From contig OX597842.1 of the NCBI GenBank assembly GCA_951406725.2, positions 19,282,001 through 19,346,000 on the forward strand: DNA of 64,000 nucleotides, given 5' to 3'. The DNA is from Octopus vulgaris (Eukaryota). Positions 13,991 through 26,656 of this stretch are shown here, piece by piece (the stretch's first letter is position 1; every line of letters starts with the position of its first letter). The notes below the pieces were generated by a model. That model was not told the origin of the DNA. It did not search any database and saw only the letters and a list, made by a program, of their open reading frames with translations. Both the position numbers and the translations under genes were made by a program.

Positions 13991-14369
13991 ACATATATGT
14001 ATATGTATATAGGTTATAAAATGAGATAGGGGTTGAAAATTCAACCCACCATGGGATAATATATATCCAATATACTGCCAGATAGGTACCCAACAAGACT
14101 AATACATAGATGTTAAAAATTGTCAAACAATCAGTTCATCTATTGTATTATATGGGTAAAGGTAATAATATTACCGTAAATTAATACTACAAAATTAGAG
14201 AATGGAGAAACATACTTAAATCAATAAAACATCAACTATCAGATGATACCCAATCAATACTTTAATACACCATTACATATCAGTAAAGGCATTATACAAA
14301 ATATACAGTAAGAGTAAATAGACAAAGAGATATAAGTAAAAAATTTCAAATATAATATGTAATTAAATC

Positions 14370-14486
14370 AAATCTGACGGCTGTTTCGGCAGTGAGGGCA
14401 GTCATACCTCATTTAACCTATAAGCCATAAAGGCAGGTATAAATGAGGCATTAACAAGGATGCCCCACGGCCTCTTCAGAGAATTA
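14370..14486 (-). ncRNA. Type I hammerhead ribozyme motif
   Basis: Minus strand AAUUCU-CUGAAGA-GGCCGUGGGGCA...UGCCCUCACUGCC-GAAA-CAGCCG-UC-AGAUUU. Confidence 0.75.
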
Positions 14487-14869
14487 AATTAAATTTGTTA
14501 TAATTGTGAAAAATATTATTTAACCATATACATATAAATATAAAAATATAAAAATGTAAAATATAAAAACTTATACATCATAATGCTACTTATATAATAT
14601 AATACTCATTGGTACAAAAATGGAAGGTAGTTCATAAAATTCTAAAGCTATAAAAGTTAATAAAAATTACTATTAATATTAATAATAATAATAATAGATA
14701 CAGTTATGTTTGCACCAAGTCCATCCTTACCTTCCATTTTTGTACCAATGAGTATTATATTATATAAGTGTAGCATTATGATGTATAAGTTTTTATATTT
14801 TACATTTTTATATTTTTATATTTATATGTATATGGTTAAATAATATTTTTTCACTATTATAACAAATTT

Positions 14870-14986
14870 AATTCTCTGAAGAGGCCGTGGGGCATCCTTG
14901 TTAATGCCTCATTTATACCTGCCTTTATGGCTTATAGGTTAAATGAGGTATGACTGCCCTCACTGCCGAAACAGCTGTCAGTTTTG
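14870..14986 (+). ncRNA. Type I hammerhead ribozyme motif
   Basis: CTGAAGA 14876-14882, long stem II, GAAA 14968-14971, palindromic stem III ACAGCTGT, GTC triplet 14977-14979; stem I short. Confidence 0.75.
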
Positions 14987-15171
14987 ATTTAATTGCATAT
15001 TATATTTGAAATTTTTTACTTATATCTCTTTATCTTTTTACTATTACTGTATATCTCATTTTGTATAATGCCTTTACTGATATGTAATGGTGTATTAAAG
15101 TATTGATTGGGTATCATCTGATAGTTGATGTTTTATTGATTTAAGTATGTTTCTCCATTCTCTAATTTTGT

Positions 15172-15226
<55 letters not shown>

Positions 15227-15274
15227 GTATATATATATGTATATGTACACTCTGTCGTGCATGTAATGTCATTG

Positions 15275-16176
15275 TGCACGCACGACAGAGTGTAAGCATC
15301 CTGAGAGAAATGCTGGATATAAGAAGCATCAGATGTGGTGTGCAAGAGCGACGCTTGCGATGGTATGGTCATGTGCTGCGGATGGATGAGGAGAGATGTG
15401 TGAAGAAGTGCCACTCCCAAACAGTTGAAGGTATCAGGGGGAGAGGTAGACCCAGGAAGACATGGGATGAGGTAGTCAAGCATGACCTCAGAGTGTTGGG
15501 CCTCACTGAGGCAATGGCGAAGGACCGAGATCTCTGGAGATATGCTGTGACTGCAAAGATCCGGGCTGCTTCCTGCATCAGATCCGCATAGCCCCTGCCC
15601 ATTCAAAGTACCCCGGATCCCAGAACGTCCCGCTGTGCTTGAGGAGACCTGTTGAGTCAAGTACATGAACATGAACGTCGAAATAAATATCAATGGAAAT
15701 AGTAGTTATGATGCCTGTGCCGGTGGCACATAAAAAGCACCATCCGAACGTGGCCGTGCCAGCCGATGCCAGCGCCGCCCCAACAGGCTTCTGTGCCGGT
15801 GGCACATAAAAAGCACCATCCGAACGTGGCCGATGCCAGCGCCACCCCGACTGGCCCCTGTGCCGGTGGCACATAAAAAGACCATCTGAACGTTGCCTGC
15901 GCCGCCTTGGCTGGCTTCCGTGCCGCTGGCACGTTAAAAGCCCCAACCGATCGTGACCGATGCCGGACACCCCCTGGCACCTGTGCAGGTGGCACGTAAA
16001 AAGCACCCACTACACTCGCAGAGTGGTTGGCGTTAGGAAGGGCATCCAGCCATAGAAACTCTGCCAGATCAGACTTGAGCCTGGAGCAGCCCCCGGCTTC
16101 CCAGACCCCGGTCGAACCGTCCAACCCGTGCTAGCGCGGAAAACGGACGTTAAACGATGATGATGATGATGATGAT
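15275..16176 (+). mobile_element. 5'-truncated RTE-clade LINE 3' end
   Basis: RRLRWYGHVLRM...RGRGRPRKTW motif, 3' UTR with tandem repeats, (GAT)n tail. Confidence 0.9.
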
Positions 16177-16201
16177 GTATATATATATGTATATGTATAT
16201 A

Positions 16202-16236
<35 letters not shown>

Positions 16237-16283
16237 ATATATATATATACGCACACTTATATATGTGTAAGTGTAAGTGTACA

Positions 16284-16560
16284 TATGGCCCAGTTGTTAG
16301 GGCAGTGGACTCGCGCTCGTAGAATTGCGGTTTCGATTCCCAGACTGAGCGTTGTGAGTGTTTATTGGGCGAAAACACCTAAAAGCTCCATGAAGCTCCG
16401 GCAGGGGGTGGTGATCCCTGCTGTACTCTTTCACCACTCTTTCTTCTGTTGGCCTGCTCGGTTAGCCAGCGGGGTGGCGTCATTCAAAGGCAAAAAACAA
16501 TGCGAACGCATTGTGACCAGCGATGTGTAACTACATCTGAGTGACTGGTCGGTCACATGA
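16284..16560 (+). mobile_element. SINE family B
   Basis: TGGCCCAGTTGTTAGGGC A-box, GGTTTCGATTCCC B-box. Confidence 0.8.
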
Positions 16561-16575
16561 TATACGTACAGTTAT

Positions 16576-16672
<97 letters not shown>

Positions 16673-17097
16673 TATATATATATGTTTGTATGTATATAGT
16701 TTATATCCAATTAAAAGAAGAAAAATAATGAAGATCGGTCCTCATAACATCCAAAAGAACATGTTTTCACTCTGATGAAATTATACTCATGTCACATAAA
16801 TGTTAATTTAATGTATAAATTTGTAATAATTTCTTGAAATAGCTGTAAGCAGCAAAGATGGCCATCTTGATAACAAAAAGTATTAAATTCCTTATCTCTA
16901 ATTTCTTTAATTCTTTTAAATGAATATAAACCATGTGCTTAATAAGCTCTATATATAATATATATGCTTAATATAGATCCAATATTTTAAGGGAATTTCA
17001 TTCCCCCAAAATTCTAGGTATTGAATCAGTAATTCCTTGAATACAACTATCCCTTCAAAAAGTTAACATATCCCCTAATTATATGTATACATATATA

Positions 17098-17172
<75 letters not shown>

Positions 17173-17786
17173 TTGTATGTATGTATGTTAAATACATTGT
17201 ATGTATGTACATACATATATATATTATATGAATGTATGCATGTGGGCGTATAAGTATTTCGGTTTTACATATTTTTCTAAATTCACACAAAAAGGTGACC
17301 TAAGATTAGAATAAAGACAAATCCCACCCATGTTAGCATGGAAAGCGGATGCTAAACGATGATGATGATGATGATGATACATACATGCACCGAGTTTTTC
17401 AAAAAAAATTAGGAAAAGCTTACGTCATACTAAATGAATTGAATTACACTTTGAAAGGATAAATTGTAAACAACATTCAAGGTTACAGAGATTCAAGTCA
17501 CTTAAGGAGTGGCTTGATATTGATTGAACATAATAAAAGAAGATAGAAAGTATAGATAAATAAAATTCCACGAAAAACACAATGAATAGCCTTATTGGCT
17601 GAGACGACTTACCTCCAGATTATTATTTAACTAAGAAACTAAAACCAATTTGTTCATTACAGCGAGAGAAATCCAACTGAAAACCTCGAAACAAATTTAC
17701 TCAGGTGAAAAACCTTAAAACTCAAACTTATCCAACTGAAAACTTTGATTCAAGGTAAAGAAAAAATTTTCTTGTCTTAAATCTTG

Positions 17787-17839
<53 letters not shown>

Positions 17840-18958
17840 TCTATCCTTTACTACTGAAAGCTGCGGGCATGCTGGGGCACACTGCTATTACTGAGAACCT
17901 CCTCTGATATGTAGTATTTGGTCAATAAGGGAGTTTGATATCATTGCCCTCATTTGCACCTCCTGCTGCAAGGTAGGTTCATCCGGGATTCTCAACTGGA
18001 AGAAGTTCAGTTTTCTTTTGAAAACACCTACATCCACTTTGGGAGAATATCAAAAAGCTGTAGGCACTTGAAACCCAGGCTGTTGCAGTAATAACTGGTC
18101 CTGAAATGTGACGTCAGTTTTGGGATCTTTGGCACTGTGCAGTGGTGACCCGTTCTGGCATTTGTGTAGCTTTCAAATTTGGTACAATCCCTTCCAGGAT
18201 CTTCCAGATGTATATTACTGCATATCTCCTCCATCTTCATTCTAGGGAATAGAGCCTTATCTGTTTCAGCCTTCCCCAGTAGCTGAGCTGTTGCAATGAG
18301 ATGATCTTCTTTTAGTAGCTTCGCTGGATTGCTTCAAGGTCCACTGTTAATTTTACACTGTTGGGTGACCATAGTTAGGAGCAGTAGTCCAGGCGGCTGA
18401 GGATGAATGTCCTCCAGCGGACCATCATGGTTTCTTTCTCTCTTGTTCTGAAGGTTCTCAGAATCCATCCAGCCTGCCGTCTGCACTTCGTTGTCATCTT
18501 GTTAAAGTGCACTTGGAAAGAGGTATCGTCACTCATGTTGATACCCAGATCACACACGAGATTGTAATCCTCCCCCTGGGCCAGTATACCCTATATGTGT
18601 TCCATTCAATTTTGGGTACTGGTAGCACAAGGCTTGAAATTTTCCAGCATTAAACTGCATATTATTGTCCTCAGCCCATCTGTAAATTGCATCCAATTCC
18701 TGCTGCAGGCATGCAATATTGCTGGGGTTCTGTATTTTCTGCGAGACTAACATGTTGTCTCCGTAGCTAGCAAGGGTATCCAGGCAGTTGAGAGCATATC
18801 TGAGAGGGCCACTATGAAAATCGGTGGCTGGCCCTAAGACAGTGCCCTGTGGAACACCACTCACTATTTGTGGTTCCGTTGAAATGGTACCACTGTCTAC
18901 CACTGCATGACTTCTGTCTTTCAGAAAGTCATATAACCATTCTCCAATTTTTCCAGCT
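17840..18958 (-). mobile_element. Degenerate CR1/L2-like LINE fragment
   Basis: SGVPQGTVLGP, NNMQFNAGKFQ, GWILRTFRTR, RLDYCS; frameshifted paralog of 3435-5767. Confidence 0.9.
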
Positions 18959-19559
18959 GAACAAATAATTTTTTGAGTTTCCTGTTCATCCTGATGTGGG
19001 GGTCATTGTCGAGATGTGCCTTAACTCGTAATCGAATCGCAGCAATGAACTCCTAAAATGGCCATAGGTGTGTTTGACTTGATTTTGTGGAACTCTTTTT
19101 GATCCTGGACTCTAACCTACCATGGTTTTTATGAACTGAACTTTTTTGATGTACTCTTTCATTTAAGGGGAGTAAGAAAAATTTTTTTTAGTTGATTGAT
19201 ATTTTCTTTTATTTTATTTGGATTTTTAGTAGCATGACACGATTTAGAATTTTTGGTTGATTGTATATACCTTCTTGATAGGCCGTTCTATATACCTGCA
19301 TTTTTTTCGCATATAAATTTTTTACCTTCAATGTTTTTTTTATATATGTATACTTTATAGGTTTAAGCACCACGGTAATATTTATATATGATCAAATGTT
19401 TGGAGGTACGGTGTTATATATAAAATCATGGACTCGAATTTGATGTTTGTTTTATGATCAATGTTTCTTTATCTCTGTCTCAATTACATTTGAGCACTTC
19501 TTTTTTGTAGTCCTATAAACCCTTTGTTTCCATAAAAAGGAGACAGAAATTATTTCTTG

Positions 19560-19600
<41 letters not shown>

Positions 19601-19603
<3 letters not shown>

Positions 19604-20345
19604 GGGTGGAGTCTAGCTTGAACCTGCCTGAGATTTGAAACCAGATCTACTGGCTTGTTGCTTGTCGAAACAAGAGGGAAATCTTCCACCTAGATGATTG
19701 ATGAGGAAACACTCCACACCCTAGGACCTGTATTGTTCAAGGAAAGGTCAGTCCTTTGTTTAAGGTTTGATCTACATTACTGACTATAGCCTTTATAACA
19801 AAGAGAATCTATCTCTTCGCTTGATGTATCAACTGTGACCAAGGAGCAACACTGGCTCTTAGGTTTAGGGTTAGGGTTAGGGTTACGTGTCAGCCAGGCT
19901 TTTGCATCGGCCTTAACCAAGAGCAGCACTTCCCTTCGCTCAACATGCAAAGAGAAGCTTTCGGCCGCGAGAAAGGCGATGCCACCTTTATCTTTTCTTC
20001 CTTTCTAGTCAGCACCATGACTACCTTACTCTTTCCTCTCTACAGACAGACAACCTTTTTCTACGTATGAACTACTAACTAGTGAGTCATCCTTGTTGTC
20101 ACTATCACTAGAATTGCTACTGTCTCTGTAACAACCTGTTGGGCAAACGAATAGATATATGTAAATAACATTTCTTCCTTCGTGGACTTAATTCTTCGAT
20201 GTTCACTGGTTACTCCGATGTGAGAACCTTGAAGTACGCTACATTTAGTTGTGGGTTACCTCATATTGATTGATATGGCACATCACATCTAGCCTACTAC
20301 ATTTGGTGACCCCGTCGAAGAATCACAGCCTTCACATCACCCGGC
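19601..20345 (+). mobile_element. LTR with tRNA-Trp primer binding site (LTR retrotransposon relic)
   Basis: TG at 19601 and CA at 20300-20301, then TGGTGACCCCG at 20304-20314, complementary to the tRNA-Trp 3' end; the 5' boundary is tentative. Confidence 0.65.
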
Positions 20346-20393
20346 AATGAATTGGAACTGGAAAACCCCTGCAATTAATCAGCACATAATGTC

Positions 20394-20478
<85 letters not shown>

Positions 20479-20554
20479 GTATATATATATATGTATATAT
20501 ATATTTATATATATGTATATATATATGTATATATGTATATATATATATATATGT

Positions 20555-21733
20555 ATCTCTTATTATAAAAGGCAGATTTTATCTGCCTCCCTTTGGGAGT
20601 TATACAAATCTACAATATAGGATTTCTTCAATTACAATTTACCTAGCATTTTTAAGAGTACAATGCATCGCGTCATGCCAGGTCCAGTTTTTAAAATTTA
20701 AACTCCAATTAAGCAAAATTTACAGAAAACTCACATTCTGGTGTGTGTGTCAAATGCTTTTCTTAGTCTGGTTTACACCACACGCAAACGCACACACACA
20801 GTGTGCGACGAATAAAATGAAAGTAAATGTAATATTTGTTTCTGTCTATCACGCTGATAGATACATGAGTAAAATGTATGGGAAGCTAACAGATAACAGT
20901 GAGTGAAAATGTTCTTGGAAGAGAGTAAATTAGCGACAGAGTGATTTGAGCAAGACTAAACTGAAAGTATGAAACAGTGTTTATGTATAAACAGACGACA
21001 CTTATATAAACCCTTTCGTTACCAAACCGCCCGAATTTACCTATTCATATTTAAATGAGAATATCAGAGTAAATCTCTTTAGTACATTCGTGAAAACACG
21101 TATTATACTTCGTAAACACTTCAAATACAGTTTTGTACAAAAATTGAAGTGTAATTTTAATTCCGTGAATTATGGGAGATTTTTTTCCGAAATTTGTTCC
21201 TATTGTGTTTTCAAAATTTGTAATTCTGACAAAAAATGGATACGAATTTCATTATATCAAGCAGCGAGTCAGAATTCGAAGGATTTTCTACTGAAGACCT
21301 TCATAAATCTAACTCTATGACTGAAAAAAAAAAGCATCTTTATATAAGAGTGAAGTTGTGTGTCTGTCCCCTTTGATTTAGATTCGTAACTACTCCCACA
21401 TTTTGCCGTGCAGTTTAACCAAAAGCGGGTATCTTATAGTCGTGATTCATATCGAGCCCTTCTGGGTATTAGCGCGCGTCTACGATGAGTCTACGATTTA
21501 AAAAAAATTTACCATCATATTTTTCCATTTTAATGCATTTTTTTCGCTTTTATATAAGGGAAGTAACTCTCTAAAAATATCTACGATGTGTCAACGATTT
21601 AAAAAAAAAATTTACCTTAATTTTTTTTCAATTTTTAATGCATTTTTTTGCTATTTTTTGGCTATAACTCTCTAAAAATGCATATATAGTTATTTCCCTT
21701 ACAACCCGAGCAACGCCGGGCGATACTGCTAGT
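20555..21733 (+). mobile_element. Composite non-autonomous Helitron
   Basis: 5' TC start, internal second 5' module at ~21337, 3' hairpin CCCGAGCAACGCCGGG + CTAG|T; full inverted copy at 38205-39378. Confidence 0.75.
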
Positions 21734-21740
21734 ATATAAA

Positions 21741-22100
21741 TATCTCTTATTATAAAAGGCAGATTTTATCTGCCTCCCTTTGGGAGTTATACAAATCTAC
21801 AATATAGGATTTCTTCAATTACAATTTACCTTGCATTTTTAAGAGTACAATGCATCGCGTCATGCCAGGTCCAGTTTTTAAAATTTAAACTCCAATTAAG
21901 CAAAATTTACAGAAAACTCACATTCTGGTGTGTGTGTCAAATGCTTTTCTTAGTCTGGTTTACAGCACACGCAAACGCACACACACAGTGGGCAACGAAT
22001 AAAATGAAAGTAATTGACTTACTGTAGTGAGTGATTCTTTCACTCTGCCTCCCACTTCCTCTTTCCACACATAGACACGCAAATATATAAATAAAATTGT
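21741..22100 (+). mobile_element. Helitron 5' module (tandem partial copy)
   Basis: Repeats TCTCTTATTATAAAAGGCAGATTTTATCTGCC of 20555. Confidence 0.7.
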
Positions 22101-22247
22101 AAGCTAACGTGCGTGTGTGTGAGTGGGTGTGTGTGGGTGTGCGCGTGTGTGTGTGTGTGAGGGTGCGTGTGTGTGTGTGCGTGTGCGTGAGTGTGTGACA
22201 GGAAAGTTTTTTACGACGAATATAACACCTATATCCAAGTAGCAGAA

Positions 22248-22728
22248 AGATAAGACAGTAAGGTGTGCTTTGAGGGAGATTTGGCTGCTATTTCTACCAT
22301 GTCTAGCTGCCATGTAGGGGTCTCCCTCATAGGCTCATACATACATATATACATAGATAAGACAGTAAGGTGTGATTTGGGGGAATTTGGCTGCTATTTC
22401 TACCAGGTCTAGCTGCCATGTAGGGGTCTCCCTCATAGGCTCATACATACATATATACATAGATAAGACAGTAAGGTGTGATTTGGGGGAAATTTGGCTG
22501 CTATTTCTACCAGGTCTAGCTGCCATGTAGGGGTCTCCCTCATAGGCTCATACATACATATATACATAGATAAGACAGTAAGGTGTGATTTGGGGGAAAT
22601 TTGGCTGCTATTTCTACCAGGTCTAGCTACCATGTAGAGGTCCCCCTCATTGGCTCATATATATATACATACATAAGACAGTAAGGTGTGATTTGAGGGA
22701 GATTTGGCTGCTGTTTCTACCAGGTCTG
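22248..22728. repeat. Minisatellite, ~107-bp unit x ~4.5
   Basis: AGATAAGACAGTAAGGTGTG starts at 22248, 22355, 22461, 22568 and ~22671. Confidence 0.92.
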
Positions 22729-23053
22729 TTAGGCCTTCTCATGTAAACTCAAGCTTTCTCATGCCTTGAACATAAGACCAAAGCAGAGAATGTATTCTTT
22801 TATTCTTCTGCTTTTTCCAGCCATTGGTCTGTTGCCATGCTGGGGCAATGCCTTGAAGAATTGTAGTTTAATGAATCAACTCCACTTTTATTTTTGTAAG
22901 CATTGTACTTATTCTATCTGTTTCCTTTGTCAAACCACTAGGTGACAGGGATGTAAACAAACCAACATTCGTTGTCAAGCAGTGGTGGAGGACAATCACA
23001 AGCACAGACACGCTCACACACACACACACACATACATGCATACACATATACAC

Positions 23054-23088
<35 letters not shown>

Positions 23089-23105
23089 TGTGTGTATATA
23101 TATAT

Positions 23106-23362
23106 TGCAGCGTGGAAGGTGTTTGTAAGCCATTTAAGAAACACACAAAAACCGTTACATTCACTTCAACATTTAAATTTAATTTGCCAAAATATTTTCG
23201 TCGCTTTGAGACCGCGACCTGTTCACTGACAAAAATATCGTGCTAACAGGTCGCGGTCTCAAAGCGATGAAAATATTTTGACAAATTAAATTTAAATGTT
23301 GAAGTGAATCTAACGGTTTTTGTGTGTTTCTTAAATGGCTTATAAACACCTTCAACGCTGCA
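23106..23362. repeat. Fold-back palindrome (~118-bp arms, ~20-bp loop)
   Basis: GCAGCGTGGAAGGTGTTT...CGCGACCTGTT / AACAGGTCGCG...AAACACCTTCAACGCTGC. Confidence 0.9.
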
Positions 23363-23527
23363 ACTGTTTTCGTTCCAGCACACGATCTCAGATCAAGTCA
23401 CTTGCTATGCAAGTACATCTCTGTAACTATATATATATTTATATATATATATATATATGTATATTGGTAAAAACAGTAAGATAACAAAAGAAAGAAAGAG
23501 ACCTCAATATTATGTAAATAGAGGAAA

Positions 23528-24365
23528 TCTTTATATATAAAAGTGAGGTTGTGTGTCTGTCTCCTACGATTTAGATTCCTAACTACTCCCACATTTTGCG
23601 GTGCAGTTTAACCAAAACCGGGTATCTTATAGTCGTGATTCATATCGAGACCGTCTGGGTATTAGCGCGCGTCTACGATGAGTCTACGATTTAAAAAAAA
23701 ATTTATCATCAATTTTTCCCATTTTTAATCCATTTTTGACATATATAAGGGAAGTAACTCTCTAAAATTTATTATTAAATCTCAGAACGTAAAAAGCTAC
23801 AGTAACACCCCTCCCCCTTTGTGGTTAGCCATTTTGAGATGGCTATTATACTTTACATCTCTAAAAATGCTTATATAATTATTTCCCTTACAAACCCGAG
23901 CAACGCCGGGCGATACTGCTAGTATATATATATATATCTTATTATAAAAGGCAGATTTTATCTGCCTCCCTTTGGGAGTTATACAAATCTACAATATAGG
24001 ATTTCTTCAATTACAATTTACCTTGCATTTTTAAGAGTACAATGCATCGCGTCATGCCAGGTCCAGTTTTTAGAATTTAAACTCCAATTAAGCAAAATTT
24101 ACAGAAAACTCACATTCTGGTGTGTGTGTCAAATGCTTTTCTTAGTCTGGTTTACACCACACGCAAACGCACACACACAGTGTGCAACGAATAAAATGAA
24201 AGTAAATAGCGACAGAGTGATTTGAGGAAGACTAAACTGAAAGTATTCTGTCTATGACGCTGATAGATACATGAGTAAAATGTATGGGAAGCTAAGAGCT
24301 AAGTGTGAGTGAAAATGTTCTTGGAAGAGAGTAAATAGCGAGAGAGAGAGAGTGATTTGAGGAAG
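23528..24365 (+). mobile_element. Helitron (23528-23923) followed by another 5' module (23935-24365)
   Basis: Same termini as 20555-22100. Confidence 0.7.
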
Positions 24366-24688
24366 ACTTTACATTAAATAACCGTAGTGGCTTGTGTTAG
24401 TAATAAAGTAAACATACACTCATACATACATACATACATACATACATACATACATACATACATACATACATACATACACACACATACACACACACATACA
24501 TACATACACACATACATACATATACATACATACATACATACATATACATACATACATACACACACACACATACACACACACAGAGTATTGAAGCTTGAGA
24601 ACAATCAGATACATTTGCAACACATCTGTTGAAAATATTATTGTTCACACACATACATATACATATATACATACATACATACATACAG

Positions 24689-24733
<45 letters not shown>

Positions 24734-24774
24734 ATCCAGCATGGCCACAACCTCAAGGCTGAAACATATAAAAG

Positions 24775-25145
24775 AATAACAGAATATAAATGTGTGCAAA
24801 GTACAAGAAATATTAATGCAGTATATGGGGATTGGACAATAAGCGTAAGGCAGTGTCAATGGTGGTTCCAGAAATCCCGAGCCATAAACTACAGCCTAGA
24901 AGACGAGCCTCATCCTGAAAGATCTGTAGAACTCGACAAGGACATCCTGAAAACCCTGGTGGAACAAAATCTCATCGTAACTGTTGAGGAACTAGCAGAG
25001 AAGCTTGGATTTGGTCATTCAACCATTCATTGAGACCTGTGTGCTATCGGAAAAGTCAGCAAATTGGGTCAATGGGTTCCTCACGAACTTTCCGAGTCTA
25101 ATTGCATGCAGAGAGTGAATGTATGCTTTTCTTTGCTGTCACATC
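24775..25145 (+). mobile_element. Mariner transposase N-terminal fragment
   Basis: RNINAVYG...SLEDEPHPERSVELD...TVEELAEKLGFGHSTI, then WVPHEL after a stop. Confidence 0.8.
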
Positions 25146-25167
25146 TAACCACTACTGCGCTATGTAT

Positions 25168-26045
<878 letters not shown>

Positions 26046-26146
26046 AAAATAGTTGTCATGCAAACTTGCCAGCACTTTTAACATAGGTGTGCATATTTTC
26101 AGCTGAACTGACCGACCACATAATGCACACATTATATATATATATG

Positions 26147-26178
<32 letters not shown>

Positions 26179-26579
26179 CACGCAATATATATACAAATGT
26201 ATACAAATTATATATATAGATATGTATAAATTAAATTAGAGATAAAACCACTAATAGGCAAATCAAACAGTGAAAAACCAAAAACAATAACATAAAAATA
26301 AAAATATAATATAGAAAATATATAAAATATAAAATTGAAAAATTTTAAATAAAAATTATTATATTTATAATTGTTTAAAAATATATATAACTATCAAAAA
26401 GTATTAAAAAGTTTAATATTCATAAATACAGATATATACGCTTTGTATATATACATTATATATACATATTTATATATAGAACACACACACATATATAAAT
26501 GAACGCAAGAAATATCTGATTCATAATTTTTGTTCTCATGATTGTGCGTTGATTGTGGCGATGATAATTCTCTCTATGA

Positions 26580-26656
26580 ATGCAGACAGCGAGATAAAGA
26601 ACGCCGTTTGACGAATTTATAAAGGAAAAGTGAAGAAGTTTTGAATGCTTGCCATG
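26580..26656 (+). other. Candidate 5' leader exon of the ANK-RING-Death gene
   Basis: Non-repetitive island ending GCCATG|GTGAGT (consensus donor at 26657); 5' boundary unknown. Confidence 0.4.

Larger units (their letters stand above)
14188..15172. mobile_element. Fold-back palindrome (~450-bp arms), Penelope-like inverted pLTR pair
   Basis: 14188-14630 is the reverse complement of 14728-15172; each arm has a hammerhead motif; adjacent to (TA)n. Confidence 0.85.

Noticed and set aside
19859-19885. TTAGGG run as a true telomere or chromosome fusion site
   Set aside because: Only about 4 units, inside a repeat, with no head-to-head arrangement
20397-21320. ORFs duplicated at 38613-39686 that look like a conserved gene pair
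   Set aside because: The identity comes from two copies of a non-autonomous Helitron; no recognisable domain
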